Positions 10,757 to 20,457 of a stretch of DNA of 64,000 nt are shown piece after piece; positions within the stretch are counted from its first letter, which is position 1, and each line of letters begins with the position of its first letter. Where the stretch lies: the NCBI GenBank assembly GCA_965233865.1, contig OZ247587.1, forward strand, positions 768,001-832,000, read 5' to 3'. Position numbers and translations under genes: made by a program. The stretch comes from Candidatus Neptunichlamydia sp. GTDB lineage: Bacteria > Chlamydiota > Chlamydiia > Chlamydiales > Simkaniaceae. The notes beneath the pieces are model-generated. The model saw only the letters and a list, made by a program, of their open reading frames with translations. It was not told where the DNA came from and made no database searches.

Positions 10757-11680
10757 TCAGATCAAGTCTTGGCTATTACATTTGAGAGATGCGATTTCTT
10801 TCAAGCTTAATCCAGTCAGCTTGGAAATTTGATCGGTTGAAATATTTTCTCTCAACATAGAACAGGCAACTTTCTCAATTCCTTCCTCACGGCCTTTTTC
10901 AAGTCCTTTTTCTATCCCTTCTTCAAGTCCTTCTTCACGACCTTTTTCTTCATATTTTTTTAAGGTATTTGCTTCGATTCTCAGCCACTTGAGTTGACCC
11001 TCATAGATTTCGCGCTCATCATCAGAAAAGTTCATGACGTTGAGCACATCGATCGCTTTTTTAACTGGTACATTGTCCAAAGACTTTGGCAAGCTAGCTG
11101 TACGAATCAGATCATTTCTGAGCAGAAACGCAGACCAGAGATCTAAAGCGCTTTGAATTTTAGATCCAATATCTTCAAATTCTTTCCCTAGGCCGTCGTT
11201 GAATTTTTTCAGTTCTATTGTATGAAGCTCCAGCTCCTTAAAGTAATGAAGACCCGTTTCTTTTTCTGTGATATGGAAAGCGTTGTGATACTTTTCAGAG
11301 TCTAAGATGGAGATGAAATTCAAAATATGGATCCCTATGACTTTTTCTAGGGTGCCATAGTCTTCTTTTTCTTTGAGCTGGTCTGTATACAGCTTCGCCC
11401 AATAGTAAAGGGCCCTTTTGTCATAATCAGCTTCATCGGTAATTTGGATTTCAATATTGAACTTCTTTCCATGGTTCCCTTCGGCTTTGATGTCGAGGAT
11501 AGAGAGCTTGTCATTCTTAAAATTCTTTTGATTATAGGGATTGAGCAGGGTCACATCGACAACCTGATCTTTCTCTCCTACGATGGAGTTAATCAAGGAA
11601 ATGAGAAGGTCTTTGTTGTCTTCGGTGCCAAAGATTTTCTTGAAGGCAATATCGACTCGTGGATTGATTTTGTGTGACAT
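10757..11680 (-). CDS. Rpn-family recombination-promoting nuclease / PD-(D/E)XK transposase-like protein
   Basis: NPRVDIAFKKIFG, LDIKA, NIEIQ, RALYYWAKLY, EGREEG repeats and C-terminal HTH. Confidence 0.92.
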   Translation of the reverse strand: MSHKINPRVDIAFKKIFGTEDNKDLLISLINSIVGEKDQVVDVTLLNPYNQKNFKNDKLSILDIKAEGNHGKKFNIEIQITDEADYDKRALYYWAKLYTDQLKEKEDYGTLEKVIGIHILNFISILDSEKYHNAFHITEKETGLHYFKELELHTIELKKFNDGLGKEFEDIGSKIQSALDLWSAFLLRNDLIRTASLPKSLDNVPVKKAIDVLNVMNFSDDEREIYEGQLKWLRIEANTLKKYEEKGREEGLEEGIEKGLEKGREEGIEKVACSMLRENISTDQISKLTGLSLKEIASLKCNSQDLI

Positions 11681-11901
11681 GACGTCTTACTCCTTAAAAC
11701 TTGGGTCTATTCTACCCTCTTGAGAAAAACCCTTCAATAGGTATCCTCTCAAAAAATCAATAGTCATAGTCTTTCCACGTCAGAAAATTGACTCGTGTAG
11801 ACTTTAGTATCTCTAGCTCCATGTTATCGTCCTCAGTGAGGATTGCGGTTCTATCCCCTGCGGAGTCTTTTCTACTTTTAGCGATTCTTCCATCACAAAC
11901 C

Positions 11902-12114
11902 TTAATTTTCACTATCAAAGGCTTCCAAAAGCACATAGTCCTCCATTGGCACGATCGCAACTTCAGCGCCATTGAAATCGTGTAAAATACGCTCTCCTCC
12001 AAATGAGACTCGATTAAACGTTTCTTGCTCTTCTTCTTTCGATTTTCCTTCAACTTCGTGGCCTTTGTTGGGCTCCCACCCTACTGGGGATTGCACATTT
12101 TCTAAAGCTTCCAT
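11902..12114 (-). CDS. Phd/YefM-like antitoxin, possibly degenerate
   Basis: FNRVSFGGERI...VAIVPMEDYVLLE resembles the Phd/YefM core. Confidence 0.45.
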   Translation of the reverse strand: MEALENVQSPVGWEPNKGHEVEGKSKEEEQETFNRVSFGGERILHDFNGAEVAIVPMEDYVLLEAFDSEN

Positions 12115-12731
12115 ATATTCTCCTTATGGTTTTGTTGTTCTTCCTCAATGCCTAGCTGAATATCTATTTCTTTTTCTTGTTTTTCCAGATCAGACCAAGA
12201 GCCTACTACTTCATCTGATCGAATACCTTTATCTTCAAAACCCTCTGTGAAATCGTAATCGGTTTCTCTTGCGTGCATGTTTTCGTAATCAGCTAAGCGC
12301 TCTAATATTCCTAAGCGCTCTAGTTCAGATCCCCATACAAGTATTTTTCGATCTTCTAAGATGGAGAGATCAACGCCTTCTTTTAGATCTCTTTCAAAAG
12401 AAAGTGAGTCTTCTACAGACAAGCCTTTTTCATGAGTGCTGCTATTGAGCATGGCAGCACTCTCCACAGAAAGAAAAACATACTCCTCCTGTTTGCAGTT
12501 CTTAGTTGCTTCTTCCGCTTCCGCTTGAGAAACACATATCACTACAATCGAGCGCTCACTTTCTGTGGTGAAGATGCTTTTGATATTGCTGATGGGCTCT
12601 AGCCTCTCTGATTGGCAATGTTCTTGATAGACTGCGAGTTTCTCAAACTGTATCTCTTGCCTTTGCGCAATAGCTTCTTCCACCCTTTGAATTTCAGCTT
12701 GCCTCTCTAAATCTTTCTCTATGGGTCTCAT
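12102..12731 (-). pseudogene. Acidic ORF, probably the C-terminal remnant of the TraA-like gene
   Basis: Co-oriented and directly downstream of the relaxase-helicase fragment. Confidence 0.4.
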
Positions 12732-12742
12732 AACCTTGTCTT

Positions 12743-13924
12743 CTATAGAATAGACTGTGATGTTTTTGAGTTTTGATACACTATATTCCTGATGTTCTGT
12801 ATGTTGTAAGGCCTCTTTTGAATAGAAATCATGGCTACATAGGAAGTTTGTTTTCCATTGAGAGAGTTGTGGAGAACGTAGATGTCCCCTACCGTTCTAC
12901 CTTGAGATCGGAAAGTAGTCGTTGCGTATCCTAGTTGCCAAGAGCCGTATTTTTTCGGATCAAAGGATACAATCTTGGTGTACTTGGAACTGTCTTTTTC
13001 CTCCTGATCAAGCTTTACAACAAAACGGTCTTCTTCAGCTTTAACAAGTTCTCCCTTTAGGCCGTTTGTTACACCAATAGCGCGATCATTCTTCCTGAAT
13101 TCAATCAAATCTCCTTCAGAAACACGTGCAGAACCAAATATTGTCTTGCAGGAGTATTCTTGCTCTTTCAGCTCTCCTTTAACCATGCGGACGTCGTGAG
13201 CTACTTGATTGAGTACTAGGATTAGGGATTTGTCATAGGACTTAGATTTGTCGAGGTAATGAGAAAAAGACCAATCTACTATGAGTTTTTCCATTGCGTT
13301 AGCTTTGTCTTTTTCGAAGTTCAGACATTTTTCCTTGCTCAATCTTCTTAATGCGGCTTCAATATCTCCTTGTGCAAAACTTTGCGTTATAGATCGTTGA
13401 TCTTGGGAGTGTTGGCGTTGTGTATAGTGCAGTTTCGAAGCATCATATTTTTCTGATAAAACCTGAAACATCCCTCCTCTATCGACTGAGGGCATTTGGG
13501 AAGAGTCTCCTGAAAGGATGAGCTTGGCTTTGTGGGCATGAGCTACCCTACAGAGTTCATTAAGCGCTTGATTCCCAAGTTTGCCGGCTTCATCTACGAT
13601 CCATAGCTCTTTGAATTTGATCTCTCTGTGGCCGTGCTCTTGAGCGTATAGAAACCTTGGGACGTTCTCAGCATTAAAGCCTTTTTCTTTGAGGAGGTTG
13701 GCGGTGGCATTGTCCGGACCAAACCCTCGCACTCTGATTCCTTTTGCTTCGTAAGACTCTTTTAAAGCTTCTAGAACGTAGCTTTTTCCGGTTCCTGCAT
13801 ATCCTTCCAAAACATATAGGCCTTTTCTTCCCGATAGCAATCTGATTACTCTTTTGATTCTTATCAACGACTTCTGCAGCATGAGTTCGTAATAGTAGAA
13901 AAATATATGCAAAAATCTTTTAGT
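12743..13924 (-). pseudogene. traA: TraA-type conjugative relaxase, helicase (RecD-like) part only, cut by IS
   Basis: EGYAGTGKS, IVDEAG, LSGDSSQMPSVDRGG, LGYATTTFRSQGRTV; relaxase N-terminus replaced by IS sequence. Confidence 0.8.
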
Positions 13925-13926
13925 TA

Positions 13927-14769
13927 GGTTGTGTTGAGAAATTTCCATGAGTGGTGCAAGCTGACTTCCTGAAGAAGGAGATCCATATGCTATACCCGCA
14001 TAAAATAAATGACCACGCCTGGTCGAAACTTTACGAATATCTGAGTAATTACCCCAAAATACACACAAATAACAAAGAGAAAACTCGTTGCTTTGTAGAG
14101 GCTGTATTTTGGATTGCCAAGAGCGGAGCACAATGGCGTTTGCTACCAAAGGAATATGGAGACTGGAATGCCGTCTATCATCGTTTTGCAGACTGGGCTG
14201 AACATGGTGTGTGGTACAAGATGCTCTACTATTTTTCAAATGATCCAGACATGGAATATATTATGATCGACAGTACAGTCCTCCGCGCTCATGCCTGTGC
14301 CGCAGGAGCCAATAAAAAAAAACCGGAGGTCAAAGCGAGCAGGCCTTAGGTCGATCCTGTGGAGGTTTTACGACTAAAATCCATAGTATCTGTGATGCAT
14401 TAGGTAATCCACTTGATTTTATTTTAACAGGTGGTCAAGCAGCTGATTGTCATCAAGCTATTCCTTTGCTCAAGGGTAGGGATTACAAAAGATTATTGGC
14501 TGACAAAGGCTACGACAGCAATGCAATCATTGATCATGTAAAGAGCATCGGAGCTGTTGCCATCATTCCCTCAAAGAAAAATCGCATTGATCATCGAGAG
14601 CATGATAAAGACATATATAAAGAACGACACAAAATCGAATGTTTATTTGGCTTCCTCAAACATTATAGACGATTGTTTTCTCGGTTCGAGAAGTTAGCAT
14701 CAAGGTTCAAGGCATTCCTTCATTTTATCGCGGCTCTCCAATGGTTAAAGTAAATTTCTCAACACAACC
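13927..14769 (+). mobile_element. IS5-family (IS427-like) element type B, two-ORF transposase 13951..14349 and ..14753
   Basis: TIRs GGTTGTGTTGAGAAATTT / AAATTTCTCAACACAACC with TA on both sides; GAQWRLLP, IDST, ADKGYD, ERHKIECLFG motifs; A9 slip site. Confidence 0.95.
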
Positions 14770-14812
14770 TACACTCCCTAAATTTTTTAGAAAAAATTGG
14801 TTCTTGAAAATT

Positions 14813-14847
14813 AAGGATGCCCCGTCAGCTTGCTGCGGGGGGCTTCA
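14813..14847 (+). repeat. Orphan IS200-type right-end hairpin
   Basis: GATGCCCCGTCAGCTTGCTGCGGGGGGCTTCA; similar to the IS200 right end at 54673-54705 and to 60062-60097. Confidence 0.7.
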
Positions 14848-14938
14848 TTGTCACCTTTTGGGCTTACAAACACCGATAGGATCTTGTGAGAAATTCCCCT
14901 ATGTGTTAATCTTCGTCAGAAAAAATAAAGGTAGACAG

Positions 14939-15214
14939 ATGGCTAAACGGTGTCAGGTAACTGGGAAAAAACCCGGTCGAGGAAAAAGTTATTCAATCCG
15001 AGGAATTGCAAAGAAAAAGAAAGGGATTGGTCTCAATGTGACAGGAACGGTCAAGCGCCGCTTCCTCCCTAATCTTGTAAAAAAACGTTTTTGGTTTTCA
15101 GAAGAGAACCGCTTTATTACTTTGAAGCTTTCAACTAGCGCAATGAGAACGATTGATCTTCGAGGAATTGCCGTAATTGTGCGCGAACTTCGTGCAAAAG
15201 GGCAAAAAATTTAG
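14939..15214 (+). CDS. rpmB: 50S ribosomal protein L28
   Basis: MAKRCQVTGKKP...KRRFLPNL with the chlamydial-type GIAKKKKGIG insert; ATG at 14939. Confidence 0.95.
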   Translation: MAKRCQVTGKKPGRGKSYSIRGIAKKKKGIGLNVTGTVKRRFLPNLVKKRFWFSEENRFITLKLSTSAMRTIDLRGIAVIVRELRAKGQKI

Positions 15215-16100
15215 TTTTATCCCGGCTATCTTAGCCGGGGTTTTTTTTATTTTTTACACTCTACATGTCTCTTTGCCTAATTCAAAGAAACCCTATCGTC
15301 TCTATTCCACAGATCAAGGAGACGATTTAAAAGAGGTTTTAAAAAAATCGATTCGACATAGCAAAAAATCTATTACACTCCACACTTATGCTGTCACAGA
15401 TTTAGGGATCCTTTCTCTTCTGAAAAAAAAAGCTGCTGAAGGTGTTGAAATTCACCTCGCCTATCATCAAAAAACTTCTCCTAACCTTCACTTGCTTGAG
15501 GAAAAGAACTTTCACTTTCACCCCATTCAAGAAAAAGGGCTCATGCATGAAAAAATTTGGATTATCGACAAAGAGCTTCTCTTCCTAGGCTCTACTAACC
15601 TCACTCCATCATCCTTAAAAATGCATGATAATTTGATGATCGGTCTCTACGCCCCAAATCTTGCTAAAATGCTCTCAAACACCCGCCCTTCAAAAATCAC
15701 GGATAAGGTCGGTGATCGAGATCTCCTCTATTTTTCACTTCCAAATCAAGAAGCTTTGAAAACTCTTCTTTCCACCCTCGACCAAGCAAAAAAAATGGTA
15801 AAAATATCCCTATTCACCTTTACCCACCCCCTCTTAGTTGAGAAGCTGATAGAGCTCCATGAAAAAGGAATTAAAGTCTTTGTCACCCTAGATGGGACAG
15901 CGGCTCAAGGATCCAGTAAGGAGGCAAGAAAACGGCTTGAGGAGGCTCATGTGAGGGTAAAAGTGAGTAAGGAGCGCGCCCTTTTTCATCACAAAAGCGC
16001 AGAAATAGATAATAAAATTTTTATTACAGGGTCTGCGAATTGGACAAAGTCAGCATTTAACAAAAACAGAGATTTTATAATATTTATATATAATAAGTAA
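15177..16100 (+). CDS. Phospholipase D-family protein
   Basis: Two HKD motifs (HEKIWIID...GSTN; HHKSAEID...GSANW), N-terminal TM. Confidence 0.9.
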   Translation: MCANFVQKGKKFSFIPAILAGVFFIFYTLHVSLPNSKKPYRLYSTDQGDDLKEVLKKSIRHSKKSITLHTYAVTDLGILSLLKKKAAEGVEIHLAYHQKTSPNLHLLEEKNFHFHPIQEKGLMHEKIWIIDKELLFLGSTNLTPSSLKMHDNLMIGLYAPNLAKMLSNTRPSKITDKVGDRDLLYFSLPNQEALKTLLSTLDQAKKMVKISLFTFTHPLLVEKLIELHEKGIKVFVTLDGTAAQGSSKEARKRLEEAHVRVKVSKERALFHHKSAEIDNKIFITGSANWTKSAFNKNRDFIIFIYNK

Positions 16101-16147
16101 TTTATTATTATTGTATTAATTACTGTTATAATTTATAATAGTAATCC

Positions 16148-16843
16148 ATGGAAGAACTATTATCAATCTCAGTACCACCTAGCTTTCCCGAGGAAAGACC
16201 TCTAAAGGCCCGAGAAACGCTCTCGATGGCTAAAGGTACTATGGCACTTGGTGGAATCTCTCTAGAAGGGCAAAATGTTCTGAGTCTCGTACAAGAGAGT
16301 TTGAATGTCTCAGACTACCTCCAGGCTTCAAAGGACTCCCCTAAACTAGAAGGAAACCGATTCCAAAATTTTCAAGATAGTGTAGATGATATTCGTGTGA
16401 ATGGATTCTCTCTAAAAAAATTGGGGATGATGATTGTCTCTGCGGCCTTTATCACAAAGGCCTGTATTTCTTACTATGAAACCGTTAAAGGAACACCCTC
16501 CTCCCTCTATATTCCCTTTGCAGGACTTCTTTTTCCTGCTTATGGAATTCACTCAAGTGTAAACACAATTCCAGAAGATTACCAAAAATGGCTAGACGCA
16601 GAAGGCTCAGGTGAACGGTCTGATGCTTTTTTTGCATTAATGGAGACCGGAACAAAATTGGCGTATCATGTTGTAAGCCTCGTTGGCTACCTCTTCTACG
16701 CTGAACTGGCCGAAACGATCAATCTAGGCCTCTTTACCTTGATGTATATCGCATCGATTGCGGATATTATGAAAGCTGAGTACAATTCATTCCCTTCCGA
16801 TAAAGATAAGTACAGCGCCCCCCCTGTATTTTTAAAAATATAG
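16148..16843 (+). CDS. Hypothetical membrane protein
   Basis: 231 aa, two hydrophobic helix pairs, AT-rich flanks. Confidence 0.6.
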   Translation: MEELLSISVPPSFPEERPLKARETLSMAKGTMALGGISLEGQNVLSLVQESLNVSDYLQASKDSPKLEGNRFQNFQDSVDDIRVNGFSLKKLGMMIVSAAFITKACISYYETVKGTPSSLYIPFAGLLFPAYGIHSSVNTIPEDYQKWLDAEGSGERSDAFFALMETGTKLAYHVVSLVGYLFYAELAETINLGLFTLMYIASIADIMKAEYNSFPSDKDKYSAPPVFLKI

Positions 16844-17082
16844 TTATATTTTTAATATATGTGATAGAATCAGGCCTCATGAACCTGTCCTTATCATCAA
16901 TGCAGGCAAGGGAGACTGAAGGGGAGAATAAATAATTAAACTTGAGTATTTTATTAAAATTTTAGTGGCCTAAAAGGAAGATAAATTCGTTTCAAAAGGT
17001 AGAACTATTAACCTTTAAGCAAACACTCTCATTTCCTGTTTCTCTTTTCAATTATGTGGGTGCTGCGCTATAGATTAAAGAG

Positions 17083-17673
17083 ATGAACCACTCGCTATTT
17101 ACAATCTCTTTTGCCCTGTTTTTACTGATGGACCCTATCGGCAATATCCCCATTTATATCTCCGTGCTCAAGAATGTCAAGCCTAAGAGACAGCGGATCA
17201 TTATTATCCGTGAGCTATTCATCGCCCTTGGGGTGATCATTCTCTTCACGTTTATTGGGGAATACCTCCTGAACATTCTTAACGTTGGACAAGAAACGAT
17301 TCTGATTGCTGGAGGAATCATCTTATTTATTATTGCTCTCAAAATGATTTTCCCAAATGGAGCAAGCTATGGAATAGAGGGAATGGCAAAGGGCGAACCT
17401 TTCATAGTCCCTCTAGCGATTCCACTGGTGGCAGGACCTTCAGTCCTAGCTGCTGTAATGATTTATTCCCACAAGGAATCAACACCACTTTTGATCTCTT
17501 CTATCTGCATTGCTTGGGCCATCTCAACTCTGATCCTTTTTGCCTCCCCTCTTCTAAAAAAAATTCTTGGCACGCGGGGAATCAGCGCCTGTGAAAGGCT
17601 CATGGGACTTCTTCTTACCCTGATGGCAATTCAAATGTTTCTTGAAGGGATCACCCTCTTTCAAAACAAGTAG
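17083..17673 (+). CDS. MarC-family membrane protein
   Basis: LMDPIGNIP, IAGGIILF, VPLAIPLVAGP, ERLMGLLL. Confidence 0.93.
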   Translation: MNHSLFTISFALFLLMDPIGNIPIYISVLKNVKPKRQRIIIIRELFIALGVIILFTFIGEYLLNILNVGQETILIAGGIILFIIALKMIFPNGASYGIEGMAKGEPFIVPLAIPLVAGPSVLAAVMIYSHKESTPLLISSICIAWAISTLILFASPLLKKILGTRGISACERLMGLLLTLMAIQMFLEGITLFQNK

Positions 17674-17694
17674 GATTATGCTATCCTACTCTCT

Positions 17695-18435
17695 ATGAAT
17701 ATCAAATTGATTATTTCATATGATGGAACCCCTTATCTTGGTTGGCAAGAAGGAAACGATGGTCCCACGATAGAGAATGCTCTTCGCCAAGTTTTGGAAA
17801 AAGTCTACCAAGAGCCCATAGTTCTGCAAGCCGCCTCAAGAACGGATGCAGGAGTCCATGCTCATGGGCAAGTTGTAAATTTCAAACCGAAAAAAAAGAA
17901 AGATTTAACGCGCCTTTTGATCAGCCTCAATCAGCTCCTTCCAAAATCCATTCGGGTCCTTTCCTTGGAAGAAGTTAAGGACTCCTTTCACCCCACTCTT
18001 GACAATGGAGGAAAAGAATACCACTACCACCTCCACATTGCCCCTGTCCAATCTCCTTTTATAAGAAATTTTTCCTGGCACATTCATACTCCTATTAATA
18101 TTGAACTCATGAAAGAGGCTTCTTCTCTCTTTATTGGGACCCATGATTTTTCTGCGTTAACTAATGTCAATTTCCCTAAACCTAAGGATACCTCTCGAAC
18201 GCTCCGCCGCATCGATCTAATTGAAGAAGGCCCCCATCTTTGTATCGAGATTGAAGGGAATAACTTTCTTTATAAAATGGCTCGCAACATCGTTGGAACC
18301 CTTGTCTATGTGGGAATGGGCAAGTTAACACTAACTGAGACAAGGCGTCTCCTTTCCCAAAAAGACCGCATCTTTGCTGGAATAACGGCCCCTGCCCATG
18401 GCCTTACACTGCATACCGTTTTCTATAGACAGTAG
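17695..18435 (+). CDS. truA: tRNA pseudouridine(38-40) synthase
   Basis: SYDGTPYLGWQ, ASRTDAGVHA, FLYKMARNIVG, TAPAHGL. Confidence 0.96.
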   Translation: MNIKLIISYDGTPYLGWQEGNDGPTIENALRQVLEKVYQEPIVLQAASRTDAGVHAHGQVVNFKPKKKKDLTRLLISLNQLLPKSIRVLSLEEVKDSFHPTLDNGGKEYHYHLHIAPVQSPFIRNFSWHIHTPINIELMKEASSLFIGTHDFSALTNVNFPKPKDTSRTLRRIDLIEEGPHLCIEIEGNNFLYKMARNIVGTLVYVGMGKLTLTETRRLLSQKDRIFAGITAPAHGLTLHTVFYRQ

Positions 18436-18462
18436 ATCGAAACATTCGTATACTTCCTAAGT

Positions 18463-19335
18463 ATGATTTCAAGAAATAATCCTTGTTGGTGTGGGAGTGG
18501 GAAGAAATGGAAGAAATGCCATCACCCCTTCATGCCACCTCAAAATTTTGAAACGCAAAAAGCGGCGTATTTTAAGAACTATCAAATCGTTCTAAAGACT
18601 TCCGAGCAGATTGAGGGAATCCGCGCTGCTTCAAAGCTTGCCGCAACGATCCTCAAAAAAGTTTGCGCCTTGGCCAAAGAAGGGGTTACAACCCTTGAAC
18701 TCGATGCTCTTTCCATGAAGCTTCATAAAGAGGCCAATGCCTTACCCGCTGCTTTAGGATATGGCCACCCTCCTTTTCCAAAAGGAATCTGCACTTCCCT
18801 AAATGAGGTAATCTGTCATGGAATTCCTGATAACACTGTGCTTAGAAGTGGAGATATCCTCAATATTGACGTCACCTCGGTCCTAAATGGATTCTATGGC
18901 GACTGTAGTGCCATGGTTTGCATCGGGGAAATCACTGAAGAGAAGAAGAAAGTCGTTAATGTTTCCTACGAATGCCTTATGCGCGCAATAAAAATCTTAA
19001 AACCTGAAATCTTGGTCTCTGATATTGGACAAACGATTGAAGATTACGCCTCTTCTGAAGGATGCTCTGTTGTAAATCAATTTGTGGCACACGGCGTGGG
19101 CACAGAATTTCATGAAGCCCCTCAAATTCCCCACTGCTATAACAATACACAAATTCCCCTTGCTGCAGGAATGACATTTACAATTGAGCCTATGATTAAT
19201 GCTGGTGCTCGCTCAGGAATCGTTGATCCAAAAGATGAATGGACGGCGCGTACGACTGACGGAAAACCCAGCGCCCAGTGGGAACATACCCTTCTCATTA
19301 CAGATGATGGGTATGAAATTCTAACTTTGCCCTAA
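18463..19335 (+). CDS. map: Methionine aminopeptidase with N-terminal SEC-C motif
   Basis: RNNPCWCGSGKKWKKCH; NEVICHGIP, HGVG...HEAP, FTIEPMIN, AQWEHT. Confidence 0.96.
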   Translation: MISRNNPCWCGSGKKWKKCHHPFMPPQNFETQKAAYFKNYQIVLKTSEQIEGIRAASKLAATILKKVCALAKEGVTTLELDALSMKLHKEANALPAALGYGHPPFPKGICTSLNEVICHGIPDNTVLRSGDILNIDVTSVLNGFYGDCSAMVCIGEITEEKKKVVNVSYECLMRAIKILKPEILVSDIGQTIEDYASSEGCSVVNQFVAHGVGTEFHEAPQIPHCYNNTQIPLAAGMTFTIEPMINAGARSGIVDPKDEWTARTTDGKPSAQWEHTLLITDDGYEILTLP

Positions 19336-20457
19336 ATTTTGTTGAATCCCCTTCTTAGTTACGAATATTTCCCGCTCAATCCCAACGAGCTCTGACTTTG
19401 TTTGCTCAAGCTTTTTCTTCTTCTCCTTGACTTTGCTGGTAAGTTTTGTCACTTCTTCAGCAAGAATATTGTCTGGAGTTTTCTTAAGTTTCGCAGTCCC
19501 TTCATCAAAGGCTTTTTTAACGTTCTGATAGTCATCTAATATTTGATCATAAATCTTTTTAATCATCCCTTTGTCTTTCTCAAGCGTCTGAAGAACAAGG
19601 TGCTGACTCTTATCCTTGAGGGGTGATTCTAAAGTAGAAGTCTTTTTCTTTTGAGAGTGGAAATATTCTCGCGCCCTTCGGATCTGCTTTTGATAATTTT
19701 CATTGAGAAGTCGCGACTGATAAAGCTCAACGCGGAAGGTATTCAGCGCCTTTAATCTTTCTCCAGAAATCTGCGTTATGAAATCCTGTCTTTCCTCAAG
19801 CTCTGACAACTTACTAAGTTTCTCATGCAGGTTGATCTTTAACAACTCTATTTCTCGATGCATTTCTAACGATTCATGCGTTAGAGCGTCACTTTGCTTA
19901 TAGATTTTATCCGACTCTATACGACTAGCTTCAATAAGATTTAGGAGGACTTCAACTTCCTCTCTTGTTGATGAAAGTTCATCTTTAAGTGTCTCGATCT
20001 CCTTAGCCTGTACTCGTTTTTCTACAGCGGTTTTTTCTTCAAAACTATGAAGAGAGATCTGAAGATCGTTTAATGCTTTTTCCTTTCCATTTTTTATCTT
20101 TGCATAATAGCTCTTTAGCTCTTCCATTGAAAGAAACGAGATGGTGAGGCCAAGAACAAGTGATGCTCCCCAACCTAATTTCCACAGGAACACGTCACTG
20201 CGTCCGAACAAATAACTAAAAGCAAAGTACGTAATCAGCCCCATCAAAGTAAGAGCAAACCCACTCACCTGATACCGCCAGGAAAAAACAAGGCCTGAAA
20301 CAGCAATGAGGGGAAGAAATGGATTCGACATAAAAGGCGCAGAAAGGGTAATGGTGAGCATCATTAAAAGAGGCCCCAATAGCATCCAGAAAAGCGGCTT
20401 CGTCTCCGAATCCGAGAAATCTGCCCACTTTTTGATAATGTCATTCATGCGTGCCAT
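19321..20457 (-). CDS. Hypothetical membrane / coiled-coil protein
   Basis: Four N-terminal TM helices followed by a long coiled coil. Confidence 0.7.
   Translation of the reverse strand: MARMNDIIKKWADFSDSETKPLFWMLLGPLLMMLTITLSAPFMSNPFLPLIAVSGLVFSWRYQVSGFALTLMGLITYFAFSYLFGRSDVFLWKLGWGASLVLGLTISFLSMEELKSYYAKIKNGKEKALNDLQISLHSFEEKTAVEKRVQAKEIETLKDELSSTREEVEVLLNLIEASRIESDKIYKQSDALTHESLEMHREIELLKINLHEKLSKLSELEERQDFITQISGERLKALNTFRVELYQSRLLNENYQKQIRRAREYFHSQKKKTSTLESPLKDKSQHLVLQTLEKDKGMIKKIYDQILDDYQNVKKAFDEGTAKLKKTPDNILAEEVTKLTSKVKEKKKKLEQTKSELVGIEREIFVTKKGIQQNLGQS

Noticed and set aside
12743..14239. 498-aa ORF as a novel fusion protein
   Set aside because: Its N-terminal ~105 aa are the antisense strand of the IS5 element
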